64,000 nt of DNA from Diplonema japonicum (Eukaryota > Protista > Euglenozoa: Diplonemea). The notes beneath the pieces were generated by a model, which saw nothing but the letters and a program-made list of their open reading frames with translations, had not been told where the DNA came from and ran no database searches. Shown here in pieces: positions 41,780 to 52,840 of this stretch. The stretch lies in NCBI GenBank assembly GCA_964019335.1, contig OZ025675.1, positions 62,001 through 126,000 of the forward strand, written 5' to 3'. A program made the position numbers and the translations under genes. Position 1 is the first letter of the stretch. Every line of letters begins with the position of its first letter.

Positions 41780-44700
41780 CTAGTGGTCGCTGTTGTACTT
41801 CTTGCAGATGGAGATGAAGACCTGCTCCAAGGAGGTCTCGCTGATAGAGTAGTCGACGATGCCGAGGGGCTCGCGGGCCTTCTGGATGATGGAGAACATC
41901 TGGGACAGCTTCTGGCCGCTGGGGAGCTGGTAGGTCAGCCTGTGGTTGGTCTGCTCGACGAGTACCGACTGCGGGAAGGTGTCCTTGAAGAAGGCGACGA
42001 GCTCGGTCTCCTTTTCTGCCGCTACCTTCGCCTGGATCTCGTACGCCCCGCCGAACTTGCTCTTCAGGTGGGACAGTGTCCCCAGGCACTGCAGGGCCCC
42101 GTCTACCATGATCGCCGTGCGGTGCGCCAAGGCCTCTACCTCCTCCAGGTGGTGTGTTGTCAGCACCACGCACCGTCCCTTCCCGATCGACTGCAAGGCC
42201 GTCCACATCCCACGCCGCGCCACGGGGTCCATCCCCGCCGTCGGCTCGTCCAGCAGGATGCACGACGGGCCCCCGATCAGGGAGATCGCGATGCTCGTCT
42301 TCCGCTTGTTGCCACCCGACAGCGCCTTGCAGATCGTGTTCTGGTGCTCCTCCAGCCGAAGAATCTTCATCAGGCTCTCCGACATCTTCTTCCTCACCTC
42401 TGTCGGGACCCCGCGCAGCGCCGCGTACAGCTCGATGTGCTCCTTCGGGGTCAGCAGGTCCAGCAGCGCGTCGAACTGCGGGCAGTACCCCAGCTCCCTC
42501 TTCGCCTCCGCCGACTGCGTCACCACGTCGTAGCCCTTGATCGACGCGGTCCCCGCCGTCGGCGCGAAGTCCCCCGCCAGCACCGAGATCGTCGTCGTCT
42601 TCCCCGCCCCGTTCGTTCCCAAGAAGGCGAAGATCTCGTCTGTCTTCACCCCGAACGTCACCTCCTTCACCGCCACCTTTGGCCGTTTCCCGCCGGGGTA
42701 CACCTTCCTGAGCCTCCTCACCGCCACCACGTCCCCCGACCGCCCCCTCAGCACCTCTTTCTTCTCCGCCGCCACGTCGTCGTCCATCTCCATCTGCCGC
42801 CCTTCCCCCATCTCCCTCCCCTCGTCGTTGTCGTTGTCGTTGTCGTAGTCGTCGGTGGAACTCTGCGGCTTCCGCAACCCGAGCTTGTACCAGATCTGCG
42901 GGAAGTCGTGCGACATGGCGAGGGCCGCATAGATCGGGAACACGAGCCACAGAAACAGGACGTCCCACCCCACCACGTCCATCGACAGCGGCGTGTCGCC
43001 CGTCACCCCGTTGTTCCTGTTCGCCGGCAGCTGCGCCAGGGCGAGGATCCCGTCCCCGAGGCAGAAGGCGGGGATCACGCGGAACAGGAACCGCATCGTC
43101 TTCGCCGCCTCCTTCGTCGATTCGATGGACTGCAGGACCCCGATCATGATCACCAGCACGAAGCCCGACGTGTAGTTCCCCATGAGGACCGTGTTCTGCC
43201 CCGTCGACGGCTTCTCGAAGTGGAAGGAGGCGGCGTAGGCGGCGACGATGGCGGTCGTCCCGTACGACAAGAACAAGATCACGGTGGCGGCGAAGGCCTC
43301 CCCGCTCCCGATGTACTCCGTCCTGTCGAACATGAAGAAGACCATGATGCTGAGCGAGGTGCTGACTGCGAAGGCCACGAGGTCCCAGCAGAAGCTCGAC
43401 ATCCAGTAGGCGGTGAGCTTCACCCCAGACACGATCTGCACGTGCTTCGACTTCGACACGCGCTCCTTCACCAGGAAGGCGACGTAGTTCGCGGGGATGA
43501 AGCAGAAGGGCAGCATCACGTTGATCGAGGTGATCACGGCGATCATGCTCTCCGCAGCGTTCTTCGTGTAGTCGCTCAGCGGCAGGGGGTTGTTCACAAG
43601 CCGGATGTACGCCTCAGGGTCCCCCGTCTGCTCTTTCAGTACTGCCGAGGCGAACCCGTTCAAGGCGATCGGAAGGCTGTGCAGGCTGCTGGCGTTGTGG
43701 AACACCGTCTTGTGCGCGTTCCACCCCACCGTCGCCTGGTACAGCGCCTGCCAGCACTTCACGTCGTCCGTGTCCGTCCGGTGCAGCAGCCAGTCGCTCA
43801 TGTTCTCGTAGGTCCCGAAGGCCTCCGGCACGGGCGTCACACCGTCGACAGACGACGAACTCCTTCCGTAGGTGCTCCCCACGGGGGCCACAGGGAAGAT
43901 CGAGCTCTCCCCGTAGTGCCACAGGTCGATCGCAGGCCTGTCGCTCACCTTGATCCCTGCAAGCACCATCGTGTACATGATAAAGACAACAGGGAGGACC
44001 AGCTGGAAGGCAATCGTGCACTTGTCTCGCTTGCTGTACTTGAACTTCTTGTAGAACAGCCCGCGCCACTGCGACCTGTACAGCGCCGAGTCCTGCAGCC
44101 TCTCATTTGGGTCCATGTCGATCCCCTGCAGCAGCTGCGCCTCCTCCCCGTAATCTGCCTGCACATCAGAGAGGAGTCTTGTGTCGGAAACTGCAGGTGT
44201 TGTTGTTGTTGTTGTTGTTGTCATCATCGCGTCGTTGGCAGACTCGTCATTCGCTATCTTGATGAAGATTTCCTCCAAAGTCGTCACGCTCATCCCGAAG
44301 GTTCGGATCCCCAGCGCCTTCCCGTTCTTCTCCAGCGTCTCGAACATTTGAGCAAAGCTAGGAACCCCCCACATGGGGAGCCTCAGGGTTAGTTCCGACC
44401 CCGCCGCCGAAAGCTGCTCCACCTCCCCCTGCTGCAAGACAGCGGTGCTGCTGCTGCTGCTGCTGTTGCTGTGTGGTTCATCTTTCCTCAACGGGGGAAC
44501 ACCAACCTCCTTCCTCACAGCCGCGGTGATCCTTTCGGGGCTCGAGTTCGGGGCCAGCTCCATCGTGAGGTTGTAGCCGACACCGAGCTTCTGCTTCAAA
44601 AAGAACGACGACCCCCAGCAGTGCACCCGCCCGCCGTGCAGGATCGCGATCGAGTCCCCCAGCAGGTCCGCCTCGTCCATGAAGTGCGTCGTGAGGAGCA

Positions 44701-47068
44701 CCGTCCGACCCCTGCGCACGCTCTTCAAGAGGTCCCAGATTGCCCTCCGCGCCTGCACGTCCATCCCCGCCGTCGGCTCGTCCAGAATGATGAACCGGGG
44801 ACCCCCGATCAGCGAGATCCCCACGCTGAGCTTCCGCTTCATCCCGCCCGACAGCGCAGAGGAGTACACCTCCTTCTTGTCCAGGAGCTCCACCTTCTCC
44901 AATAGGTCATCCACCCGTTCCTCCAGCTCTTCCGACGGAATCCCCTTCACGCTCCCGTAGTAGCGCAGGTGCTCCGCACACGTCATCTTGTCCCACAGGA
45001 TGTTGTGCTGCGGGCACAGCCCGATGTCCCGCCGAACCGCCTCGAGGTTCTCACAGATGGAGTTCCCGAACACAGTCGCGTCCCCGGACGACACCGGCAG
45101 CATCCCCGTCAGCATGTTGATGAGCGTTGTCTTCCCTGCCCCGTTGTGCCCCAGCAGGGCCAGGATCTGCCCCTCGTACAGGGAGAGGTTCACGTTGTTC
45201 ACCGCCACCTTCTTCGCGCTCCCGGTTGCTTCCCCTTTGAACTCCTTCCGCAGGTTCCGGATCCGGATCCGCTCCTTCTGCAGCAGGTCCTGCTCCAAGA
45301 TGCTCTCCACGTTCTTCCCGTTCAGCATCCCGTCCATCGTCGCTATGTTCTCGAGGTCCGCGTAGCCGGCCGCCCCTTTACCGGAGAACCAGTAAGGGGG
45401 CCAACAGAAGTAGAAGAACCGCTTCTTCGCCCCCCACTCACTCGGCATCACCTGGTCCAGCCACCCAGCTACAAGCAGGTAGAGGAAGGTGTCGAACCAC
45501 AGGAAGCCGATGGACGATGAGAAGGAGTAGGCCCCCTCGTTCGCCGTCTCCCAAGTCACCGGGGAGGCCTTCCCCACCGACTTGAACACGATCGACATCC
45601 CCTCCGCAAAGGCACAGGTGTTGAAGATGGAGATGGTGTACATGGTTGAGGAGGAAGGGTCCCGCAGGATGAACGAGGGCAGCGCAGAGAACAGGAACAC
45701 CATCGGGCTCACGATCCCTGCGAGGGAGGCCTTCGAGAAGAAGGTCGACAGCAGCACCCCTGCAGAGGCGAGCGACAGCCCGTAGCTCACGAACAAGACC
45801 AAGAGGATGGAGTAGTCCATGTCCTGCAGCATCGTCGCCTTCAGGATGACGGAGAGAAGGACCCCCGTCACAGACATCTGCAGCATCGTCGTCACCACCC
45901 ACGAGAGCTTGAAGGCGGTCGAGGACAGCCCCATGATGAGCATCGCCTCCCGGATACGCGTCTCCTTCTCGCGCACGATAGACGACACGATCTGCGACAT
46001 GGGGAAGAGGAAGGCGAGGGTCAGCGTCAGAGGGGCGTAGAAGCCCCCCTTCGTCAGGAAGTCGTTGATGGAGTAACCCATCACGGGCATCGGGATGAGC
46101 GTAGACGTCGTGTCGTCCACCCCGCCCCCCGTCATGTTCCGGTTCAGAAGCGTTTGCAAGGTGAGGAAGCCGCCCCCGATGTACGTCCGGAAGAACCTCT
46201 CGAACCCTGCCTCCTGAGAGTCGTAGTCGAAGGTCTCGGGTGTCGAGGTCCGGTTCATCCGAATCTCGAGGTCGGTCGGGCCCCTCACCACCACCACCGC
46301 CCACATCTTGTTCGACCCCTCGTGCGACGTCGCATAGGCAGTCGCCTCCTCCTCCGTCTCGAAGGCGCTCCTCGTGAACTGGTAAGTGTACGTGTTCTCC
46401 ATGAAGTACCTGTCGAACCTCTTAACCAGCTCCTCCTCCTCCTGCCGCTTTTCTTCCTCCCCTCCGGCCCCAACGGCACTGGAACCCCCCGAGACGACGA
46501 TGCTGACGTTGGCACCAGAGCGAAGGGCGTTCGCCATCTTGTCCTCGCTGAAGCTGTCGGTCCCAGGGAGGTCCACCGTCTGCGCGAAGTGCCTCCACAG
46601 GGCGACAAGGTCGAAGCTGGGGATGGTGGTCGAGTTCTCCACCTGGAACCACGGGTCGAGGATGGCGGACAGGCCGCCGTCGTCGTCGTTGTCGGGGACC
46701 GACGAGTTCAGGCAGAGGTTGCCCAGACAGTGCCAAGGCTGCGGACTGGGCTCCTCCTTGCTGCAAGCGGGGTACCCCGCAGGGCTTCCATCCGCTGCCT
46801 CCAACCTGCACATCCACAGCTTGAAATACGCGTCCGCGTCGAAGTGGTCCCCGTAGAACTGCCGGTTCGGCTGCGTTGACGACCCTGCCGCAAAGTACGC
46901 TGGCACCACAGCAGCCATGAACAGCACAGGGAGAAGCACCTCCACAGCGCTCCCCACCCATGACCTGCTCTTCAGACGCAGGTTCTTCACCACCACAAAC
47001 CACACAGCCTGTAGTAGGCTTGGCTTCGAGAAAGTTCCCACCTCTATCCCGTGGCCCATGCTGCCCAT
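41780..47068 (-). CDS. ABC transporter subfamily A, full size (TMD-NBD)2, 1762 aa
   Basis: NBD1 GHNGAGKT / LSGGMKRK / IILDEP; NBD2 GTNGAGKT / LSGGNKRK / ILLDEP. ABCA hallmarks IVREKETRIREAMLIMGL, LVKERVSKSKHVQIVSG, TTLEEIF. Confidence 0.97.
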   Translation of the reverse strand: MGSMGHGIEVGTFSKPSLLQAVWFVVVKNLRLKSRSWVGSAVEVLLPVLFMAAVVPAYFAAGSSTQPNRQFYGDHFDADAYFKLWMCRLEAADGSPAGYPACSKEEPSPQPWHCLGNLCLNSSVPDNDDDGGLSAILDPWFQVENSTTIPSFDLVALWRHFAQTVDLPGTDSFSEDKMANALRSGANVSIVVSGGSSAVGAGGEEEKRQEEEELVKRFDRYFMENTYTYQFTRSAFETEEEATAYATSHEGSNKMWAVVVVRGPTDLEIRMNRTSTPETFDYDSQEAGFERFFRTYIGGGFLTLQTLLNRNMTGGGVDDTTSTLIPMPVMGYSINDFLTKGGFYAPLTLTLAFLFPMSQIVSSIVREKETRIREAMLIMGLSSTAFKLSWVVTTMLQMSVTGVLLSVILKATMLQDMDYSILLVLFVSYGLSLASAGVLLSTFFSKASLAGIVSPMVFLFSALPSFILRDPSSSTMYTISIFNTCAFAEGMSIVFKSVGKASPVTWETANEGAYSFSSSIGFLWFDTFLYLLVAGWLDQVMPSEWGAKKRFFYFCWPPYWFSGKGAAGYADLENIATMDGMLNGKNVESILEQDLLQKERIRIRNLRKEFKGEATGSAKKVAVNNVNLSLYEGQILALLGHNGAGKTTLINMLTGMLPVSSGDATVFGNSICENLEAVRRDIGLCPQHNILWDKMTCAEHLRYYGSVKGIPSEELEERVDDLLEKVELLDKKEVYSSALSGGMKRKLSVGISLIGGPRFIILDEPTAGMDVQARRAIWDLLKSVRRGRTVLLTTHFMDEADLLGDSIAILHGGRVHCWGSSFFLKQKLGVGYNLTMELAPNSSPERITAAVRKEVGVPPLRKDEPHSNSSSSSSTAVLQQGEVEQLSAAGSELTLRLPMWGVPSFAQMFETLEKNGKALGIRTFGMSVTTLEEIFIKIANDESANDAMMTTTTTTTTPAVSDTRLLSDVQADYGEEAQLLQGIDMDPNERLQDSALYRSQWRGLFYKKFKYSKRDKCTIAFQLVLPVVFIMYTMVLAGIKVSDRPAIDLWHYGESSIFPVAPVGSTYGRSSSSVDGVTPVPEAFGTYENMSDWLLHRTDTDDVKCWQALYQATVGWNAHKTVFHNASSLHSLPIALNGFASAVLKEQTGDPEAYIRLVNNPLPLSDYTKNAAESMIAVITSINVMLPFCFIPANYVAFLVKERVSKSKHVQIVSGVKLTAYWMSSFCWDLVAFAVSTSLSIMVFFMFDRTEYIGSGEAFAATVILFLSYGTTAIVAAYAASFHFEKPSTGQNTVLMGNYTSGFVLVIMIGVLQSIESTKEAAKTMRFLFRVIPAFCLGDGILALAQLPANRNNGVTGDTPLSMDVVGWDVLFLWLVFPIYAALAMSHDFPQIWYKLGLRKPQSSTDDYDNDNDNDEGREMGEGRQMEMDDDVAAEKKEVLRGRSGDVVAVRRLRKVYPGGKRPKVAVKEVTFGVKTDEIFAFLGTNGAGKTTTISVLAGDFAPTAGTASIKGYDVVTQSAEAKRELGYCPQFDALLDLLTPKEHIELYAALRGVPTEVRKKMSESLMKILRLEEHQNTICKALSGGNKRKTSIAISLIGGPSCILLDEPTAGMDPVARRGMWTALQSIGKGRCVVLTTHHLEEVEALAHRTAIMVDGALQCLGTLSHLKSKFGGAYEIQAKVAAEKETELVAFFKDTFPQSVLVEQTNHRLTYQLPSGQKLSQMFSIIQKAREPLGIVDYSISETSLEQVFISICKKYNSDH

Positions 47069-47330
47069 ATCGTGTGTGCGAGGTGCGCTTTTTACACACG
47101 CGATGTAAGAAAAACCTGGTGGATGCTAAACTATTGAACAGAACGAGAAAGAAATAGAAGCTGGAATTAAAGGGAAACAAGGCCACTAACGTACGTCAAA
47201 GCTTTGGTCCGAAAGTTGTACACACGGCTCGTCTTTGTGATCATCGCCCCTCCAGGTAAAGAAAGAAAAAAAGAATAAGCGCGTTTATCGCCATTCTTTC
47301 AGCAGAGAGGAATAATATCTTTAAAAAAAA

Positions 47331-47465
47331 AGAGTCGGTTGAGTGTTGTTTGTGCACAGCCAGGGGGGGGGGGGGTAAAACCTGTAGAAGGACAAGCCCA
47401 ACAATGCTACCCACTACTCTTTTTTTAGCACTAACAATTCACTATCAATAATGCAAAACAAAACA
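47331..47465. repeat. Repeat family B copy
   Basis: Same unit with an expanded G run. Confidence 0.8.
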
Positions 47466-47537
47466 AAAAAAAGCACCGCTGTCAGAAAGGCAAGAAAGGT
47501 GACAGGGTCTGCTGTAGTTGCGAGGAAGGGGCCGACA

Positions 47538-49037
47538 CTACGAACGCAGTGCATCGGCGTATGACATGCTGGAATCAGCTAGACTGCAAGGCACTCCGTA
47601 CTGCAGAACCTTAGCGGCGTGATATACACGAGTAGCGCCATGACTCCTCTCGTGGTTCATCTCCTCGAGCCAGTGCTGGGCTTCACGAAGGTACGAGTAC
47701 CTTGGAAAAAATTCATGAGAGCCTAGATTACGAGCGTACTCTTGCAAAAAAAATGTCGCACATTCGTGATGAAGTGTTTGCTCTCGTGCCTTCTTGACAG
47801 GGCGAACCCGGGGCCTCCTGCGGTGCTCAGTCCACTTGAACGACTGGAGCAGCTCTTCCTCGATACTCTCGTGCCTTGCATCCCGCTCTGCAAGCATAAG
47901 CTTCCTCCGCGTGTTCTCCCAGAAGTCAACAGTCATGCAAAAGTACTGTTGCAAAAAGAATGTCCCACTTTCATGATGAAGTGTTTGCTCTCGTGCCTTC
48001 TTGACAGGGCGAACCCGGGGCCTCCTGCGGTGCTCAGTCCGCTTGAACGACTGGAGCAGCTCTTCCTCGATACTCTCGTGCCTTGCATCCGACTGGAGCA
48101 GCACACTCTCGTGCCATGCATCCCGCTCTGCAAGCATAAGCTCCCTCCGCGTGTTCTCCCAGAAGTCAACAGTCATGCAAGGGCCGCACCCTTCCCTCAG
48201 TAGATATTCCGCAATCGCCTCCTTCTTATGGTACACGGACAGGGACAAAGCCTGTGACGCCGCCCTCGAATCCCCCAAAGCCCTGTTCTCGCAGAGCAGC
48301 TTCACGACATCGAAGCGGTCTGCCATGACGGCCGAAGACAGCGGCGTTCGGGTTCTCCTTTCGTCGGGCGTTTGCATCTTCGCACCATACTCCAGAAGGG
48401 CCTTGATGGCAGGTAGTGTGTCGCCTTTCTTCACCCCGCACAGAAATGTCAGAGGTGTTGTGTCGTGAGCGTCTTTCCAGTTCGGGTCGGCCCCACTGTC
48501 CAGCAGCAGCAGCATCATGGGGTAGTCGCATGTCTTGACTGCCATCTTAAGTGCCGTGCTTGGGTGAGGTGATCCACATTTGTTCCTTCCAATATAAACC
48601 TCGTCTACATCCACCTTCACAACATGCAGCAAGTGGTGTGCAATCTCAAGGTGGCCCTTTTGAACTGCCTTGTGCAAGAGGGTCTTCTGCTTGGAGTGCT
48701 TCCTACCGATGTCGATCTCTGCATCGAGCATCCGTCTGAACTTGTTGACGTCGCCTGTCTCGATGGCCTGCACCGCAGCGTCACGGCTCACACGCCAGTT
48801 GACCGCGCGGCATCCGCGGAGCAACCTCTCCCTGTCGTTTATCTTCGCCTCTACCTCCTCCCCGCACACCATCCCCAGACTGCTTAATCCCTGCTCCGGC
48901 TTCAGCAGCTCCCCCTCGTACCACAGTTCCACATACTCGCGGATCTTCCCCATCGCCCTCAGGTCCTCCGCTGTTGTGTCGTGCTCGATCTCAAAGTGCC
49001 TCGTCCTGCCTCTCTCGCTTCTTACAAAGATGTCCAT
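47538..49037 (-). CDS. Ubiquitin-like domain + ankyrin repeat protein (499 aa)
   Basis: The N-terminal about 65 aa MDIFVRSERGRT...LWYEGELL resembles a ubiquitin fold. Ankyrin-type TLLHKAVQKGHLEIAHHLL, TALKMAV...LLDSGADPN, TPLSSAV. Confidence 0.85.
   Translation of the reverse strand: MDIFVRSERGRTRHFEIEHDTTAEDLRAMGKIREYVELWYEGELLKPEQGLSSLGMVCGEEVEAKINDRERLLRGCRAVNWRVSRDAAVQAIETGDVNKFRRMLDAEIDIGRKHSKQKTLLHKAVQKGHLEIAHHLLHVVKVDVDEVYIGRNKCGSPHPSTALKMAVKTCDYPMMLLLLDSGADPNWKDAHDTTPLTFLCGVKKGDTLPAIKALLEYGAKMQTPDERRTRTPLSSAVMADRFDVVKLLCENRALGDSRAASQALSLSVYHKKEAIAEYLLREGCGPCMTVDFWENTRRELMLAERDAWHESVLLQSDARHESIEEELLQSFKRTEHRRRPRVRPVKKAREQTLHHESGTFFLQQYFCMTVDFWENTRRKLMLAERDARHESIEEELLQSFKWTEHRRRPRVRPVKKAREQTLHHECATFFLQEYARNLGSHEFFPRYSYLREAQHWLEEMNHERSHGATRVYHAAKVLQYGVPCSLADSSMSYADALRS
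47731..48180 (-). repeat. In-frame tandem duplication (240 + 210 bp) in the ankyrin gene
   Basis: CMTVDFWENTRR...HHE..TFFLQ.Y occurs twice, nearly identical at DNA level. Confidence 0.9.
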
Positions 49038-49140
49038 CGTTTTTCGTGTTGTGAAAAAAAGTAACTACATGAGGCAATGTGATAGCAGGCTTACGTTCTG
49101 ATAAAAAGAAACTCAAAAAAAGCACAGTACAGCAAAAAAA

Positions 49141-49345
49141 AGAGTCGATTGATTGTGATTTAGGTAAAAGAAGAAAAAATATTGTTTGTGCACAGCCGGG
49201 GTAAAAAAAAAGAGTCGGTTTGATTGTTGTTTGTGCACAGCCGGGGTTAACCTGTAGAAGGATAAGCCCAACAATGCTACCACTACTCTTTTTAGCAATA
49301 ACAATTCATTATCAATACATTGTTTTTCTTGTTCAAGCAAAAAAA
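49141..49345. repeat. Repeat family B copy with partial duplications of one end
   Basis: AGAGTCG...TTGATTGT and TTGTTTGTGCACAGCCGGGGT precede a full unit starting at 49211. Confidence 0.85.
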
Positions 49346-50045
49346 AAACTCAGAAAAGAATGAACTAACAAAAAGATGTGGGGGTGGGGGAGCGCACAAG
49401 AGTGAGTCAACTAAAAATTGTTTTCTCTTTCTTTGAGCACGAAAACAAAAAAGAAACAAGAACCTAAACATAGTTATGTCTTCTCGGTACAAAGAACGAA
49501 CAAATGTACAAAAAGAAAAACGATTGTTCGGAGAAAGGTGTCGGAATGGCGACTGAGCACCTTTTTGCTTTTTCTAAGTAGTGGAAGGTTCAAGTCAAAC
49601 AACACTGTTTTACAATTATTGTATTCTTTCTTCTTCAACAAAGAAAAAAAACAGGTCATCTCGCTAACCGTTTGGTACTACACAATTAAAGGCTGCTTTT
49701 TACAAAGACACGCCAAGAGTCAATGTTACGTGGGTGGGCAGGAAGCTTTATAATTATGATCATCGTATCATTCGGGCGATTGGTGCCTTATCCCTTTGCC
49801 TCAGGGCAGGGGAGGCCCGGTAAAATCCCAGTTGAAATGAAATGGAAGGTCTCTTATCATCGAACGCAGTTCAGAGTCGTGCTCAGTACTGAAACAAATT
49901 TAAATTAAAAGACAGAAATTAAAAAGAAAATAGCTGCTGGCCCAGGATCGTGTTCTCATTTCTCGTTTCATCAGCTTCATCTTGTCGTACGTTTAGAAAT
50001 TTCTAACACGCTCTAGGTTCAATCACACGCCAATGAAGCACAGCA

Positions 50046-52178
50046 TTAGCCGGCAATGATGGAGTCGAAGGCCCGAACCCTCGCCTCATACGCATTCAGC
50101 CCCAAACCTGTCACAGCAGCCTCCGCATGAAGCTCGAACCGAACACCGTCCATCGCACACAGTTCCTCAGCCACGCTCCCATACAGGCAGAACACATCAT
50201 CCTTCACTCCCAATGAGCACAGCGACCCTGCCACATCCACACACCTACCTAAGACTGTCACGAACTTCTGCTTCTTTACCCCGACTGTCCCATGCTTCAC
50301 CTCACTGTTCGACAGCCCGATGTGAAGCTGAACCCAATGTGATAGTAATCTGTGCATGTTGACGACGAAGGAGAAGGAGTTCTCGATGTGTGTGGGGCAG
50401 GGACGGGAGGTGTTCCACCCAACAGCAACCCTGCTGCCCTGAACAGAGATGAGGACCCCATGTGACCTCTCAGTGCACATCATCACCTTCGCAAGTGTGT
50501 CGTTCACAACGAGTGAAGTCTCCGCAGCATCGCACTCATCGGGAAGCCTCATGTCCAGCAGGCCCACGCTTGCTGAGGATGACGGCATGAGTAACACCTC
50601 GTGTATGCTGTGCTGTGTAATTGAGAGGGATTCCGAGGGTCGGTGGACGACGGGCTGGACAAGGCGCCTGTCCCCCCTGCTGAGGAGGAGCTGTGACTCA
50701 ATGAAAGGTATCCTTCCAGAGAGACTGTTGGGAAGCAAGATGAAAGGGTGCAACAGGTTAGCCACGCCCCTCAGCCTCACCTCACCCATTGGTATTGCGG
50801 CATTTTCGAAGGCCACATCTTCAACCAAATCCATGACCTCCTCAGTGACAGCAACAGCACCCCCAACACAGGCCCCTTCCATCCGAGCCGCCTTGTTCAC
50901 AGTGTTCCCGAAGTAGTCGTACCTGCCTGTCAAGGTGTTCAGCTGCACATCAACCTCACCAAAGTGAACACCGATCCGAACACGAAGCCCACACCAAGGA
51001 CCGTTGTCATTCAAAGCACAGTGGTCAAGGTTGAGAAGCTCCTGTGGCCACACACTTTTCACGAGCCCCTCCTGAACAGACAGGGAAAAGGAGACAGCAT
51101 CAAGAGCTTTCTCAAAGGCCACCATGAAGGAGTCCCCAATGGTCTTCACCTCGTACCCGTTGTGCTCAGAAAGACACTCCCGCATCACATTGTTGTGAAC
51201 CTTCAGACCCTCCCTCATCCCCTCAGGGCAGGCCTCCCATGTTGCCGTTGAACCTTGGATGTCGGTGAAGACAAGGGCCGCCTTCTTTGTCTCAAGGCCA
51301 GGTGCCGGTACCTCCTTCAAGTGCTCACCAGAGTGCTGAAGCTCATCAAAAACAGCATCAGGGATGTAAGGGCGGTAGACATGGAGGTTTGACAAGATGC
51401 TGCTGAAGGCATTGTGGAGGGGAGGGGGAAGGGGGGAAGTATCAAGGGCCTCACGTGCCTTTTTGAGGTCGAATCGAGAGAGGGTCTCGGCGATGTTCTC
51501 AGCAGCAAGGATAACATTCTCCATCTTTTCATGCTCCTCGTAAAGACGGCTGGCGAAACTCCGCGTGAAGTAGAAGTCAAGCAGGAAGATCATGCCCATG
51601 ATAAAGAAGTTCCCAGCCGCACCAGGGACGTTCTGTTTGCAAGGGAGGCTGGTGCAGTTGCAAACTGACTCGAAACGCTGCTCGTGGCCGGAGTTGAAAC
51701 TCTCATCGCCGATATCAAGCAGCCCGAAGCGCGTGGCTTGCTCAGTACTGGTGAGGAGGAGCCAGAAGATCAATGCTGTGATGACGATGATTGAGGAACG
51801 CGACCGTATCTTGCACACCAGCATGATGTCGACGACCAATATAGCTAGTGCCCACCGCCTTACGACCATCGTTCCCAAGGAAGCAAGATCGCTCAATATA
51901 ATAGCGACAACGTCACCGTAGCCCACCAGCTCTATGAAGGTGTCTGAAGGCTTCCTGTTCACAAATAACCACAACAGTGCACATGCATTGACCGACACAC
52001 ACATACATGAGCTTAAAGAGATAACCAAGAAGTTTGACGGGTTCGATAAAAGCCCAACACACCCGAGAAGAAACGACATTGAGAAAAACCACACCAGCAC
52101 CTCCTTTCGCTTCGCCATGTTCCGATCATCATCTGGGAGAGACAGGTAGCTGATAAAATACTTGTGCAGCAACCGCAT
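50046..52178 (-). CDS. Receptor-type adenylate cyclase, 6-TM subtype 2 (710 aa from MRLLHK)
   Basis: Full motif set; start chosen by alignment with MRSLHK of 53453..55597. Confidence 0.94.
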   Translation of the reverse strand: MRLLHKYFISYLSLPDDDRNMAKRKEVLVWFFSMSFLLGCVGLLSNPSNFLVISLSSCMCVSVNACALLWLFVNRKPSDTFIELVGYGDVVAIILSDLASLGTMVVRRWALAILVVDIMLVCKIRSRSSIIVITALIFWLLLTSTEQATRFGLLDIGDESFNSGHEQRFESVCNCTSLPCKQNVPGAAGNFFIMGMIFLLDFYFTRSFASRLYEEHEKMENVILAAENIAETLSRFDLKKAREALDTSPLPPPLHNAFSSILSNLHVYRPYIPDAVFDELQHSGEHLKEVPAPGLETKKAALVFTDIQGSTATWEACPEGMREGLKVHNNVMRECLSEHNGYEVKTIGDSFMVAFEKALDAVSFSLSVQEGLVKSVWPQELLNLDHCALNDNGPWCGLRVRIGVHFGEVDVQLNTLTGRYDYFGNTVNKAARMEGACVGGAVAVTEEVMDLVEDVAFENAAIPMGEVRLRGVANLLHPFILLPNSLSGRIPFIESQLLLSRGDRRLVQPVVHRPSESLSITQHSIHEVLLMPSSSASVGLLDMRLPDECDAAETSLVVNDTLAKVMMCTERSHGVLISVQGSRVAVGWNTSRPCPTHIENSFSFVVNMHRLLSHWVQLHIGLSNSEVKHGTVGVKKQKFVTVLGRCVDVAGSLCSLGVKDDVFCLYGSVAEELCAMDGVRFELHAEAAVTGLGLNAYEARVRAFDSIIAG

Positions 52179-52689
52179 CTTTCCCAAAAGGAACCTGATC
52201 TTCTTGTTAACAAAGATATTGAGCACGGTAAAGGAGGGGGGGGGTTGAAAAAATCCAGTATCTTTTGTTTACGACATCGAAAATATACCGGAAGTGAAAA
52301 GGGGAAGAGGGAGAAGAAGAAGACGAATTGCGTTGATACGTTCTTCAGTGGGGGGAAACGCTGTTGAGGTTGGAAATATGTTCTCAAAGAAGCAATCATT
52401 TCTTCCTGTAACAAAGTCACCTGTAACAACAAGATTTGAGACCTCACAAGGTTGCTGCTGTTGAAGTGAGCTGGGATGAAAACGACAAATAGACGTCCCT
52501 CTGTGAAAACCCGGTTCTTTCATTGTTCGGCAATCTAAGAAGAACGCGGGATATCTTCTTTCTTTCTTGGAAGTTGACACAGAATACGCATAGATATTGA
52601 AAACAAAGAAATAATAGACCATTCATCTTCCATCTAGTAGGTGAACCAATTGCTAAGGATGACAAAGGCGTTCGTTGGGGCACGACGGA

Positions 52690-52840
52690 CGCAAGTCTTC
52701 CTTGTTGAACAGCAGCAGTGTTTTTTGAGCTGAACGCGTCACATCATTGCCCGCCAAAGCCTCGCACTCTTCGATGCTGCCGCACTGCTGTCGTACACGG
52801 CAGAGCGAAGGATCGAGATACTCCCAAGACGTGGAGCGGC
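52690..52840 (-). pseudogene. Relic fragment of a large-ectodomain cyclase N-terminus
   Basis: One frame reads SISILRSAVYDSSAAASKSA (cf. SISVLRSAVDDASAAASESA in 28214..31024); another reads LLFNKED (cf. TLFDRED). DNA aligns with 30870-30930. Confidence 0.75.

Noticed and set aside
41750-44392. 880-aa plus-strand ORF (and the 416-aa alternate-frame ORF 41718..42968)
   Set aside because: Shadow frames of the GC3-rich ABCA gene; low-complexity R/G/V/H composition and no domains.
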